A stretch of 61,364 bases of DNA, the filler included, from Sphacelaria rigidula (taxonomy: Eukaryota), in the NCBI GenBank assembly GCA_964200075.2. It is 5 parts of 5 records of this genome, joined end to end, with 100 filler letters (N's around TTAATTAATTAA, not from the genome) between each part and the next. Parts side by side here need not be neighbours in the genome. Positions count along the whole stretch, not along the records: positions 12,295 to 24,488 come from CAXNAA020004021.1; 4 more parts are not named here. One strand, given 5' to 3'. Below the pieces are notes generated by a model. It worked only from the letters and a program-made list of their open reading frames with translations. It had not been told where the DNA came from and ran no database searches. Positions within the stretch are counted from its first letter, which is position 1, and each line of letters begins with the position of its first letter. Of the stretch, positions 13,839 through 24,488 are shown piece after piece. The translations under genes were made by a program, and so were the position numbers.

Positions 13839-15047
13839 ATAAGGTATGTACCCGGTACCGGTATTTGAGACATCTCATACCCTGCCGATACCGGTCCAAT
13901 CGGGTATTTTGAAACGTCATACCTACGATACCCACGATATCACGGTATTTCGAGATTGCAATACCTACCGTACCCGCTCGATCCGGTATTTTTAAAACTC
14001 ACACCTACGATACCCACGATACCAGAGTATTTCGAGATTTCAATACCTACCGTACCCGCCCAATCGTTTTTTTTTTAATGTCGCACCTACGATACCTACG
14101 ATACCAGGGTATTTCGAGATTTCAATACCTACCGTACCCGCTCAAGGTATTTTCAAAACTCATACCTACGATACCTACGATACCACGGTATTTCGATATT
14201 TCAATACCTATGTCGTGAGAGAAGCTGTCGCCCAGTTCTCCAATTGTAGGTTCTAACAGCTAGATGTCGTGTTCAGTCAAAGCCAGGATGAGAGAAGGAA
14301 CCGCTGTGCCCAAAGCAAGAAAATGTGGTTTGATACTTCCTTCTTCCGTTATTTGTACTATACTTTGTATCGCCACACACAAGATAGCACTCGTAACTCC
14401 GCTGAAAGTAGCAATCAAAGCCAAAAACCGTTAGCCAAAAACCAGAGGTGTAAAAAGGAGTGAAGCTCGCGGGTGGTGAGTCCAGACAACCCTTCTGCCC
14501 TCACCCCTGTACCTCTTCATCCCTTCTATCGTACTTGACCACCTAACCTGTGATGTTAACTCTAAAAGAACTCACTCTTCAGTCTCAGAGTACACCCAAC
14601 AGTCAGTTTTTCCTGCATGTACTCCAATACTAGGCGACAGGACGTCGATTTCCTTGAATCTAGCCTTTAACATACCCTTACTGCTCTGACCTTCTGATCC
14701 AGAATACATTTTTTTCCCAACCTCTATCACTTTAACATCGACCATACCAACTTCTTTTTAGCCCGAACTAGGTTTATGCTTTTGAAGCCTTGAAATGCTA
14801 CAATTCCATCTGTGAACTCAGGACAAGTATTCATTGATGATGCTTTATCCCGATTTACCCGTACACAGTTCATACTTTCAAACTAGAACTAGTTCTGTAC
14901 AAAACCATAACGCCTCCGAGAGATCGGCTCACCACACTTACCGTACCCGCTTAATCGGGTATTTTCAACACTTATACTTAAAATACCTACGTATACCACT
15001 GTATGGGATACCTCGGTAAATACCGGGGATGTACCCGGTAATACCGG
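13839..15047. mobile_element. MITE-like element built of ATACCTACGATACC/CCGTACCCGC tandem subrepeats (copy 1; left end at 12704, interrupted by the MULE and the solo LTR)
   Basis: ~70-bp degenerate tandem units, colinear with the copy at 16050-16388. Left end CCGTAGATAAGGTA (12704) is the reverse complement of TACCTTATCTACGG (ending 16387). Confidence 0.65.
14211..14936. mobile_element. Solo LTR (726 bp)
   Basis: Starts TGTCGTGAG and ends CTCACCACA (inverted TG...CA termini). It cleanly interrupts the host repeat CAATACCTA|CCGTACCCGC, with a 4-bp TSD CCTA/CTTA (one mismatch). Confidence 0.75.
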
Positions 15048-15504
15048 ACGCGATGCACTCCCCACGGTGCAGCAGCTGGTCCCAACTTATTGTGCAAAGG
15101 CCAGGAGTTGTCGGACCACGTACGTTTTCACAAGTGTTGTATACCCAAATTCCCCCTGATTTTTGTGTTTGGATCAATTTGAAATGAACTCATCATTATG
15201 TAGTCTGAAGTGCGGTCGTTTTTCTTTTCTCCATCTGATAGGTCCACTGCACTTCTGTTCTTAGAAGGCTTCAACTCCAACTTTTAATTAGTGGTGGACG
15301 GAGAGAAACTACAAAACAAATACACTAAGCTTTTTCGATCGAAAACATACGATCTAAAGGCACGAAGCGGCACTTGACTCCTATCTTACAGACCACCACA
15401 CCAGATAACACCCGTTCACAGAACCATGCTAACTCCATCGAACCCATTCTCAGCTACCATCCCAATGCTGCAGCATCGAGTACAAATTGAGCACACGGGG
15501 ATAG

Positions 15505-15890
15505 ATACCCTGCAGTAGTTGTGTATGCTTTCTTTATTTTCTGTTGGCGAAAACTTGTGCATGTTCTTTCATGGTAGGATCAGCGACGGAACTGCGTGGT
15601 ACGGTAGGCTACCGTGTTGCGTCCACGCTAATGTACAGTGCAGGCAGTACAAAGCTGCACGTTGCTGAAGTCCTTTTCACGTCGCGTTGTAAGCAGAGAG
15701 AACTGATGGTCCTGGGCTGTCTGCACTGCACGTTGCCCGCTTCACTTGAAAATCTTACTGTACAAAACACACACACACACGCACTCGAGACACACTGCTT
15801 GCAAGCAGTGCCGACAGTACAGACTGTCTGCACTGCACTGTACTGTACTGTACTGTACACGAATGACCATGTACCATTGCACGAATTCCA
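15505..15890 (+). repeat. Dispersed ~380-bp repeat; second copy at ~33915-34267
   Basis: Colinear similarity, e.g. GAACTGCGTGGTACGGT and ACAAAGCTGCACGTTGCTGAAGTCC...CACGAATGACCATGT, on two different contigs. Confidence 0.8.
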
Positions 15891-16049
15891 CCGTCTTTTT
15901 TCGATCGAAAGCTTGAAAATTCGATTCATACTCGACAAAAATGTGCGATTTTTGTTCGAATCAATTCTACCGCCACATTTTTTCGATACAATTGTTTTCG
16001 CCAAGACACGCCCTGAAACGCTTCTCCGCTGTTTTGAATTCGGTATAAA

Positions 16050-16388
16050 GGGTAAGGCAGGTACCCGGCACTGATATTTGGGACATCTCATACCCTACCG
16101 ATACCGACCCAATCGGGTATTTTCAAATGTCATACCTACGATACCCACGATACCTACGATACCATGGTATTTCAAGACACCAATACCTACTGTACCCGCT
16201 CAATCAGGTATTTTCAAAACTCATACCTACGATACCCACGGTACCACGGTATTTCGAGATTTCAATACCTACCGTACCCGCTCAATCAGGTATTTTCGAA
16301 ACTCATACCTACGATACCCACGACACCACGATATGGGATACCCCGGTAAATATCGGGGGTACGCTTGGTACGGTACCTTATCTACGGT
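16050..16388. mobile_element. MITE-like subrepeat element, copy 2
   Basis: Same tandem units as 13839-15047; right end GGTACGGTACCTTATCTACGG. Confidence 0.65.
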
Positions 16389-16447
16389 TCCTGTGGAATA
16401 TACTACGCATAAGAGGAAGAGCACCACATAACAACGCACACCACCTC

Positions 16448-16522
16448 GGGGGGGGCGTACTCATTTGTTGCTTGCCTTGGTCATTTGACCATTGACCACG
16501 CATCCCTTTCGAGACGGAGCAC
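16448..16522 (-). mobile_element. ~70-nt oligo(C)-tailed SINE-like retroposon, copy 1
   Basis: Minus strand reads GTGCTCCGTCTCGAAAGGGATGCGTGGTCAATGGTCAAATGACCAAGGCAAGCAACAAATGAGTACG(C)8. CACACCACCTCGGGGGG is duplicated at 16437 and 16523. Confidence 0.8.
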
Positions 16523-16639
16523 CACACCACCTCGGGGGGAGGGGTGCATTGGATTCAGCAGTTAGTAGAGAAATAATACAAGGGGAGATGATGCCATTTT
16601 CTGTTCGGTCTCCTCCCTCCTCTCCTCAAATCTCCCGTT

Positions 16640-17262
16640 GAATCGCACGTTGTCGGCTGGCCTCTTCCTCGATCTTTTGCCGGGAGGTCATGAACCTCCC
16701 CGCTCTCTGCAGCACCCCCGCGTGCCATGGTATTCCCCCTTCCCTCTTCGCTTCTGAAGGCCAGGAGGCGCTTTCAACTCAGGACGTCTGTCGGTTGTCG
16801 TCCGTAGAGCCGTTCGTGGCTCCGAAAGCTTGAAAGTCGTCCCGCAGGGGCTTCAGCCAGTTATGCCCAGTGCACCCTGGTCCTGGATTTCCCCCCCCCC
16901 CACGAGTTCTTCGAATGCCACTCGCTTCGGGAGTCGTACGTCCGGTTGTCCAGCCAGGGCTCCAGCGAACAGCAGTCGCCGTTGTCGGACGACGGCTTTG
17001 GCACTTTGGCATTCGGTCTTCTTGAGGGCCTGGGCGTATGACAACTGTCGGTATGTGCGCCACACACTCGGCGCTGCCCGATAACCCGCAGAAGGAGCCG
17101 GTAGTGTACCGTCCTTGGCAACCGGTAGTGCTCGCTGCGCGGGGCCCACGTCATGCATCCATACAGTAGGACTTCCATCGCCTCTGCCTTCAGCGGTCGG
17201 ACCTTGAGTTCCCACGGTGCTTGCGGTCGGTCAACGATCTCCCGGGAAAACTTTCTGATGCA
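16640..17262 (-). mobile_element. RTE-type non-LTR retrotransposon (LINE) C-terminal relic, frameshifted
   Basis: LKVRPLKAEAMEVLLYGCMTW, RQLSYAQALKKTECQS, RQRRLLFAGALA and RLPKRVAFEEL match motifs typical of the post-RT C-terminus of RTE-clade ORFs; they are split across frames. Confidence 0.75.
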
Positions 17263-17874
17263 CTAGCTTTTTTTTCTCTTTTCCTTCCCCGTGCTTCGTA
17301 TATTTGTCCGTGCAGCTGTGGCTCACCCCATTACGGTACAGGAAAGCGACGGTAGGCACGATACGAGGTTGGTTCAGCCCCGCTCGGCGCCAAAATCCGA
17401 TTGTTGACGACCTTTTGTGTCTAACCCCATTAACGCTGTCCCCAATCCCAACCTAAGATGGACTGAGACCCCTCGGGCAAGGTGGGTCGAAGTAATGCCC
17501 TAGGCGAAGTGTGCTTCGTTTTTGCTCGAATCGACATTCGAGGCGCCAGTTCGAGTCAAAACACGTGCTCCGGACGGTGCGCACGCCGCGCGCGCTCTGG
17601 GCGACCGCTGGGGACTGTGAGCCTTCTCTGATCCGAATGTGATGATGGATGTTCAACCATCGGAGTTTTCGCGCCGAACTCGCGTGAACTGTACTACAGT
17701 GCACAATACGTCCCCTGCAGTACAGCAGCTATGATACAGTACGTGGATAATCAAAAGAAGGGTGCGTCTGTATCTTCACCCCATCATGTTGATAGAAGTC
17801 TCTGGTGACTTCCCCTTTCCCGAACCCCGCCAACTCGTAATGTTTTTCCTTTCATTTTAATCAACGACCAAAAG

Positions 17875-20800
17875 GTGCTGCTGCGATGCCCGGAGGTGAC
17901 TATGGCCTTTGCACCCGAGGAATCCATGGGCTTGGGAAACCTAACCATCACCAACATGTGAGAGGGATTTTGATTCGATTTGATTTGATTTGATTCGGTT
18001 CGATTCGATTCGATTGATTGATTGATTTTCGTACATTAACTGATCTCCGAGGGATCCAGCCATGGTTACAAGATAGCACACTCTGGACTACAGACTGCAA
18101 TAGATTACATTGTCAAAAAATGTACTGCGTACAGTATGGAATTTATTGTCTATTCCAATAGACGCAATACTCTGTACTGTGCGCAGTACACTTTTTGACG
18201 ATGTATTCGTTGCCCGGGGTGTGTAAGAAAGTCGTACCCCACGGTGAAAAACACAGAAAGACTCCCTGAGGGAAAGTCGAGGAAGGGGGCATATACAAGA
18301 AAATATATATATAGAAAGATACAAGAACAAGGTAGGCCGTGGCACACCGGCCTGGGAGCACACGAAAATTAGCCCGCGAGCCGCTCGGGTATTTGCACAA
18401 GGGAAATATTGGAAATTTGTCGGACATTCCACGAGAAGTTGGCTAAGGTCAGTTCTTGTAGGGATCTTTCTCTCTCTTTCTCTCTCTTTCTCTCTCTCTC
18501 TCTCTCTTGCTCTGAAAATAGTTGCTTAGCGGTGGCAGCTTTCTTGCCGCGTCCAGCAGTCGCCGAAAGTAACAAACCAACCTTTGAAGCGTGAAGCTCG
18601 TAACCGACCAAAATGAGGGATTTTCGGCTGGGCGTTACTGGGTAGTAGCTCATATTGTCGGAAGCCATTTGCGCAACCAAACGGAAGTGTCCAGTGAGTA
18701 GGTGTACGGGCCATTCCCGGTGCATACAGTACAATACGGTACAGTACAGCTTCTATTTGCCCACCTGTGTGCGAACCTGCGGCCAACAGTCGTAGCTCCC
18801 ACCACGATGTCAGGGCGGCAGAGTCGTGTCGTTGGGGTATGAAGTCAACAGCAGCCACGGGCCAGCAGCAAGTCGATTTGCGCGAAATATGCCAGTCGAA
18901 AAACTATGATAAGGACAGTACGGTACTACAGTTCACACCCACAGTTTGCGTTGTGTACTTGATACAGTGCGCATTTTTGTTCCTTTTTTCCCCTTGTTTC
19001 GTCTTCTGCCGTTCGTGATTGATCCTACTTCGAGGAGTACGTTTCAACAGCCGATTCCAATTTTTGCGGTTGAACACTAAAATGGGGGTTCAACTCGCCT
19101 TCGAAAAATCGAGAATTCGTGCCAAAGAGTATCACCACGGGAAAGCATTTTCGCAAGCAGAGCTTCTAGTGCAGTTCAACCGGTGTGGTTAGGTGCACTA
19201 AATGGATGCCGTGCACACGCGTGTCGATGACGATGTCACCAGAAGAGCAACGGGGGAGACAAATTCTACGATAGCCCCCCCCCCCCAAAAGTGCATGGTT
19301 TTGGGACGCAAAATCTTCACATAAATCGAAATGGGAAAAGCCAAGCACAGTGAGCAGCTGGAAACTCCCACGCTTGGGTTCGTTCTAGCCAATGTCGCCA
19401 ATTTGAGGCGCTTCATGCAGCCTGAACCCAACATCAGGCGCTGTATGACCATTTTTTCGTGACACGTTGTGGCTGGTTTTGGGGGGGGAGGGCTATCGTG
19501 AAAAGTGTCTGGAGAGGAAGCTCCTCGCCGTGTCCTGTGTGTGTCCTCGTTCGGCGATTCCCAATCGCTGCAGATGTTGATCGGTTAAATCAAGACTATT
19601 GTCGCAAGCTGCCAGAATGCGCATTCCCTCCCTCCGGCCAGGTGTCAATAAACGATGTTACAGTTTGTGCAATCTCCAAGAAGCATTGCCGGGCCCCGAC
19701 AGAGTTGTGTTCGAATGAAATTCACCCTTCTCCAATCCCAAAGCGTTTTCTAGGACAAAAAAACAATTTCGAACATGAACGGGTCCACTTCAGTTCGGTT
19801 CTGTACTGATGCTCGATGCAAATTCCAGAATCGTTCGGCGAAACTATCCGGATGTGTCCTCGAACGGCTGACCGAACCCAACTCCAGCACTTTCTCCCAG
19901 CTTGCGAAAACAGTTGTGATTGAACCGATCAAGATTCTAATATGATTATCCTTCTCCCTCGCAAGGTTTGTACAATCGAATTGCTACAGGCAGTTAGTAC
20001 ATGCAGCGACGAAGTTGCAGTAATATTCCGGGCTGAACCGACTGCCCACTACTACTGTCGTTGCTTGAAAGCTCTGCTCAGGCAAGACCTTCCTGGTCAG
20101 CGCTTAACGGCGCGGTTCAGGAATGCAATGGCAGGGGCTTAATCATGAGACGCCCCTGTTCCTAACCATATATCCCCTCTGCTTAGGATGAGTCTCCTCA
20201 CATAACAGTTTTTTGCGACAGACACCCCCCGACACACACACCATACGTGTGACCGGTTGACAGCACAGAAGCTCAATTGCAGGATCTCAGCCCCCATTTC
20301 GGTCACGCCAGCAAGAGTTGAGTCACCCGCACGAGGTATCTTTTTTCACTCCGCATACCAAGAAGGTCTACACGAGTGTTTGATCTCTCATATGTCCTTC
20401 CCTCTACTGGGATGTAGCAGACTGTCTGTTGTCCTTGTTTTGCAGACGTCTGGTGAAATCAACGACTGACTGCAATAAAACCCCTCAGCTTCTGACTATT
20501 AGATCATGCCGCAAGGGCGCAGCCGTCCTTGCTCGCATGTGTGCGTGTGTGAGAACAGTAGCGGTGAGGGGAACATCACCCTGCTTTTCGACGATGTGTT
20601 GTACTGCGCACAGAGGCACTTCCTGTCCAAGCAGAGAGGCAGAGATCAATCGATATTTTCATTGGTCAGCGCCACAGACAGGAGACGACAACCTGGGCAT
20701 CCCGCGATATTGTTTCCGCGGCTGTGCTACAATAATCCGCCTGCCCACACATGGCAACCTGGGTATGTGCTGGTACTATAACATGATTGTAGTGCGTGAG

Positions 20801-21297
20801 AGGACCGCGTGCTCAGAGGACCGCAACGGAGTTTGAACATCCCTGTGGTTAGGGTTAGGGTTAGTGTTGGGGTCAGGGTCAGGGTCAGGGGCGTGGTCCC
20901 TGCAGGGACTGGCCCGATTGGTTTTGAAAAACGTCGATCCTGAGGTGTTTCGAACTAGGATGCGATCCCCTAAGCACACGGTCCTCTCACGCATTACAAT
21001 TTTGCCAATCTCTGCAGCGATTGGGAATCGCCGAACGAGGACACACAAAGGACACCGGCGGGGAGCTTCCTCTCCGCCGTTGCTCCTATGATGATATCGT
21101 CATCGACACGCGTGTGCACGGCATTCATTTAGTGCACTTAACCACACCGGCGTAACTGCAACAGAAACTCTGCTTGCGAAAATGCTTTCCCGTGGCGATA
21201 CTTTTTGGCGTGTGAATTCTCGATTTTTCGAAGGCGAGTTGAACCCCATTTTAGTGTTCAACCCCAAAATTTAGAATCGGCTGTGTTTTGGTTGTTG

Positions 21298-21328
<31 letters not shown>

Positions 21329-21542
21329 TGTTTTTGATGTGCGCTGTGATTTGTGCTCTCTCTTGATCCTCCCTCCTTTTTTACCCCCCGGCGCATTCCC
21401 GCCCTTGCGTGAAAACAGGCGGGTGGTGTGGCTAAGCAGCGAGGATGACTCCAAAGCGTGTGATTTCGACGTACCGTACATCTGCCTTCACGCAATATCC
21501 AAGGACCCGGAAACGTTCCCAACGCCGTGCATTTACTGTCAG
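17875..21542 (+). CDS. CLNS1A: pICln / methylosome subunit (Voldacs domain), internal two exons
   Basis: Exons 17875-17957 (VLLRCPEVTMAFAPEESMGLGNLTITN, phase 2) and 21419-21542 (RVVWLSSEDDSKACDFDVPYICLHAISKDPETFPTPCIYCQ) join in frame (AT|G). The product matches the ICln signature G.L.IT..RVVWLS....D...I.LHAISRD...FP.PCIY.Q. First and last exons were not found on this contig. Confidence 0.85.
17964..18028. repeat. (GATTT/GATTC/GATT)n microsatellite
   Basis: Direct reading. Confidence 0.85.
19257..19510. mobile_element. 254-bp MITE nested in the left TIR; partial second copy at 49174-49345
   Basis: TIRs AGACAAATTCTACGATAGCCC / GGGCTATCGTGAAAAGTGTCT. It is absent from the partner TIR, has a probable GG TSD, and its internal sequence recurs at the start of contig 5. 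Confidence 0.75.
20786..21000. mobile_element. 215-bp MITE carrying telomere-like repeats
   Basis: ~40-bp TIRs (ATTGTAGTGCGTGAGAGGACCGCGTGCTCAGAGGA / TCCCCTAAGCACACGGTCCTCTCACGCATTACAAT) enclosing (TTAGGG)n then (TCAGGG)n at ~20847-20890. Confidence 0.65.
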
Positions 21543-22007
21543 GTATGTGCCATTTGGCCAGTCCAGTACTCTGGTTGCCGGGATATGCGCCATTTGGTCA
21601 TGCTTCAAATACTCTGGCTGTCAGACCTCCTATTTGGTCTTTCTTCAATACCATGACTGGTAGGATACAGTATGTGCCATTTGGTCATCCTCTAAATGCT
21701 TTGAATGTCATCAGACATGTTTCATTGGGCGATTCTATATTACGACGGTTACCCAAAGGCACACGGCCGACTGCACAGTACAGCGTCGGGCGTTGATAGA
21801 GTCCAAACGGAACAGGTCAGTATCGGCCGTATTGCAATCTCGTGTGCTCTATCTTCGCGGCTGAAGCATGCAGTGATCTGCGTGTGTTTTTGTTCAAGTG
21901 ACCGAAATACTAATTTTTGTTCCTGTAGTGCGCACGCATTCGGCAGCATTTCCATTTGTTGTGTGATACGTTGGACATAATTTTGTCGGCACTGTGTACT
22001 GCGGGTT

Positions 22008-24067
22008 GTCATTCCTTCTGTTCTGGACGCCAGTCTACACGTTTCGGTATATGTAGGCGCACTAGCCGGGGTCACACGGGAGGAAAGCCAACATATGAGT
22101 TTTTTTTTGTCATACATTCTGTGGTGTTTTCCTTATGTTTTTATCGTGAGAGGGGTCCAGCACTGCCTTTCCCTCGTTGACCGTTAAGTCGAATTCTGCA
22201 AGGTTGTGTTCTGTAGGGTAGGGTTTTCTGTATACCCAGGGCATTTTGCCGCGTATTGACCGTACCCGATAATTCTGTGACTTGTGCAAGACCTTCATAC
22301 CGTTAACCGACAGTTCTGTAAACTCTGTAAGACTTTCATACTCTTATACCCGATAGTTATGTCATCTCTGTAAGACTCCCGTACCGTTACCGGGGGGCAC
22401 GGGTACGCGCTCGATAAGATACCTGATTGCGGGTACGGTTTTCTGTGCAACCTCCATACCCTACCCGACAGTTCTGTGAGTTTTGTACAAAATGTCTACC
22501 CGTACCCGGGGCTCGGGTATGCTCTTGAAGAAATACCCGATTGCCGGTACCGGTTTTATGTAAACCTCCCATGCCGTACCCGACAAGTTCTGTAATTTCT
22601 GTAAGACTCTTATCCAGTACCGGTACCCGACAGTTCTGTGAGCTTTGTAAGACTCCCATACCCCTACCCGGGGTCAGGGTATACCGTCATAGATATACCC
22701 GATTGCGGGTATGAGCACAGGTACATACCTTGGAGAGGTGCGGATATAGGTTCAATTCAAACACAACCTCATGACCTGAACATATACCTCGCATCGCGAT
22801 CGAGCCACCCAACTCCTTCATTCAAAACCCCACACCAACAATAATTCAGTGTTGGAAAGTTCTTTAGTTTGGGATCTGACAGGATACGAGGTACCGCTGA
22901 GTGGAAACACGAAACATGAGCAGCCCTGCAGACCGTCAGGATGGATCACCCCTAGACGCGAGTGGTGGCTCGAGCGGGGGTGGTTCATCTGCGCCACCAG
23001 AGGATCAAGTAGCAAGACGCATGTCATCGACGTTGATGGTGGTTGTGCCGTGGTCATCAAACCCTAGGGTGTTATCGACATGCACAACACAGATTATGAG
23101 CTGCCACCGAAAGTCGTCAAGGCCGTCGGCGGTTTTGTCGCGTGCCGAGGGGCTTCTAGAGAACGGGCAGCCATGAATGCTCCTTCATGCACTCTCTGGG
23201 AGTGTACGTGAAGCCGATAGATGTTGACGATCCCGTGGACATGTAGTACTGCTATTGTTCGTGTAGTCTTTCTCTATCAACCCCGTGACAAAACCGTTCA
23301 TAGTTGTCGTGGACTGTCACCTGTACTTCGCCACTGTCGTAGTGACGTAGGTCTCACCACAGGGGGAGTGATGATAATACCAAGGTCGTGTTCTGTAGGG
23401 TACGTTTTTCTGTATAGCCGGGGTATTTGGCTGGATATGTACCGTACCCGACAGTTATGTAAACTCTGTAATATTCCCAAACGGTACCCGACAGTTATGT
23501 AATCTCAGTAAGCCTCCCATACCCGTACCCGATAGTTCGGTGAGTTCTGCAAGCCTCCCGTACCGTTATCGGGGGTCACGGGTATGCTCTTGATAAGATA
23601 CCCAGTTGTGGGTACGGTTTTCTGTGCAATCTCCATACCTTCACCCAACAGTTCTGTGACTTTTGTACAAGAACTTTACCCTAACCCGAGGGGCGGGTAT
23701 ACCCTAGAAGAGATACCCGATTGCCGGTACCGGTTTTCTGTAAGCCTCCCATACCGTACCAGACAAGTTCTGTAATTTGTGTAGGACTTTCACACCGGTA
23801 CCCGACACTTCTGTAAACTCTCCAAGACTTTCATACCGGCACCCGACAGTTTTGTAAGTTATGTATGGGATCTGGTACCCTACAGAACGTACCCGTATCT
23901 TACAGAACAAAACCTTGGAATAATGTGTACCAACGACACGGTCGCTCTCCGCTGTTGGGCATTGTGTGAGGAAAATCCCAGATCGTGCGACTTCGCCGAG
24001 ATTCGAATCCACGACCCAACCGTTAAAAGGTTTCGAGGTTACCAACTGAGCCGCCGGGGCGATCGGT
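22008..24067 (-). mobile_element. tRNA-derived SINE split by a 1.7-kb insertion (SINE parts 22008-22197 and 23924-24067)
   Basis: Both parts are colinear with the intact copy at 43207-43576. The minus-strand head has A-box-like CGGCTCAGTTGG and B-box-like GGATTCGAATC. Confidence 0.75.
22198..23918. mobile_element. Composite TIR element with TACCCGACAGTTCTGT subrepeats (two units, ~22198-22733 and ~23380-23918)
   Basis: Ends CAAGGTTGTGTTCTGTA / TACAGAACAAAACCTTG, with a second left end at 23380; the two repeat blocks are colinear. Confidence 0.65.
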
Positions 24068-24212
24068 GCACTATCCGGCACTGTCACCACTAACTTTGAT
24101 ACTATCCCTGCTGTGTACCACCATGGCGCATGGCGCTGGAGGGCACGCCGAAACTGCGTACCATCACCTCGCATTAACGGATACAATTTTTTTCCCGTCC
24201 TTTCTTTTTTTA

Positions 24213-24290
24213 GGGGGGGGGGGGCGTATTCATCTGTTGCTTGCCGTAGTCGTTTGACCGTTGACCACGCATCCCTTTCGAGACGGAGCA
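24213..24290 (-). mobile_element. Oligo(C)-tailed retroposon, copy 2
   Basis: Same ~70-nt body; exact TSD TTCTTTTTTTAGGGG at 24202 and 24291. Confidence 0.8.
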
Positions 24291-24423
24291 TTCTTTTTTT
24301 AGGGGTGGGCTATTGAAAACTTCTAGCTCGCGGAGGAAACAAGAAAATATAAAGAGGATAGCTGACTTTGTTCAATGGTTGTGTTGGTCGCATCAGAGGA
24401 AGTTGCGAGAATCTGCGCTTGCA

Positions 24424-24488
24424 GGGGGGGGGCGTACTCATTTGTTGCTTGCCTTAGTCGTTCGACCATTGACCACGCATCTCTTTCG
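24424..24488 (-). mobile_element. Oligo(C)-tailed retroposon, copy 3 (cut by contig end)
   Basis: Near-identical body running into the gap. Confidence 0.75.

Larger units (their letters stand above)
19047..21284. mobile_element. ~2.2-kb non-autonomous TIR element in the pICln intron
   Basis: ~280-bp inverted arms: 19047-19256 plus 19511-19575 versus 21008-21284 (ACAGCCGATTC...GAATCGGCTGT). No clear TSD. Confidence 0.8.

Noticed and set aside
13850-16380. Regularly spaced ATACCTACGATACC repeats (also 22200-23900) as a CRISPR-like array
   Set aside because: The intervening sequences are themselves repeated rather than unique spacers, the units are degenerate and bounded by TIRs, the context is eukaryotic and no cas genes are present.
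16448-16522. C-tailed element as a hammerhead or HDV-like ribozyme
   Set aside because: There is no CUGANGA core on either strand, and the stem order does not fit the HDV nested pseudoknot.
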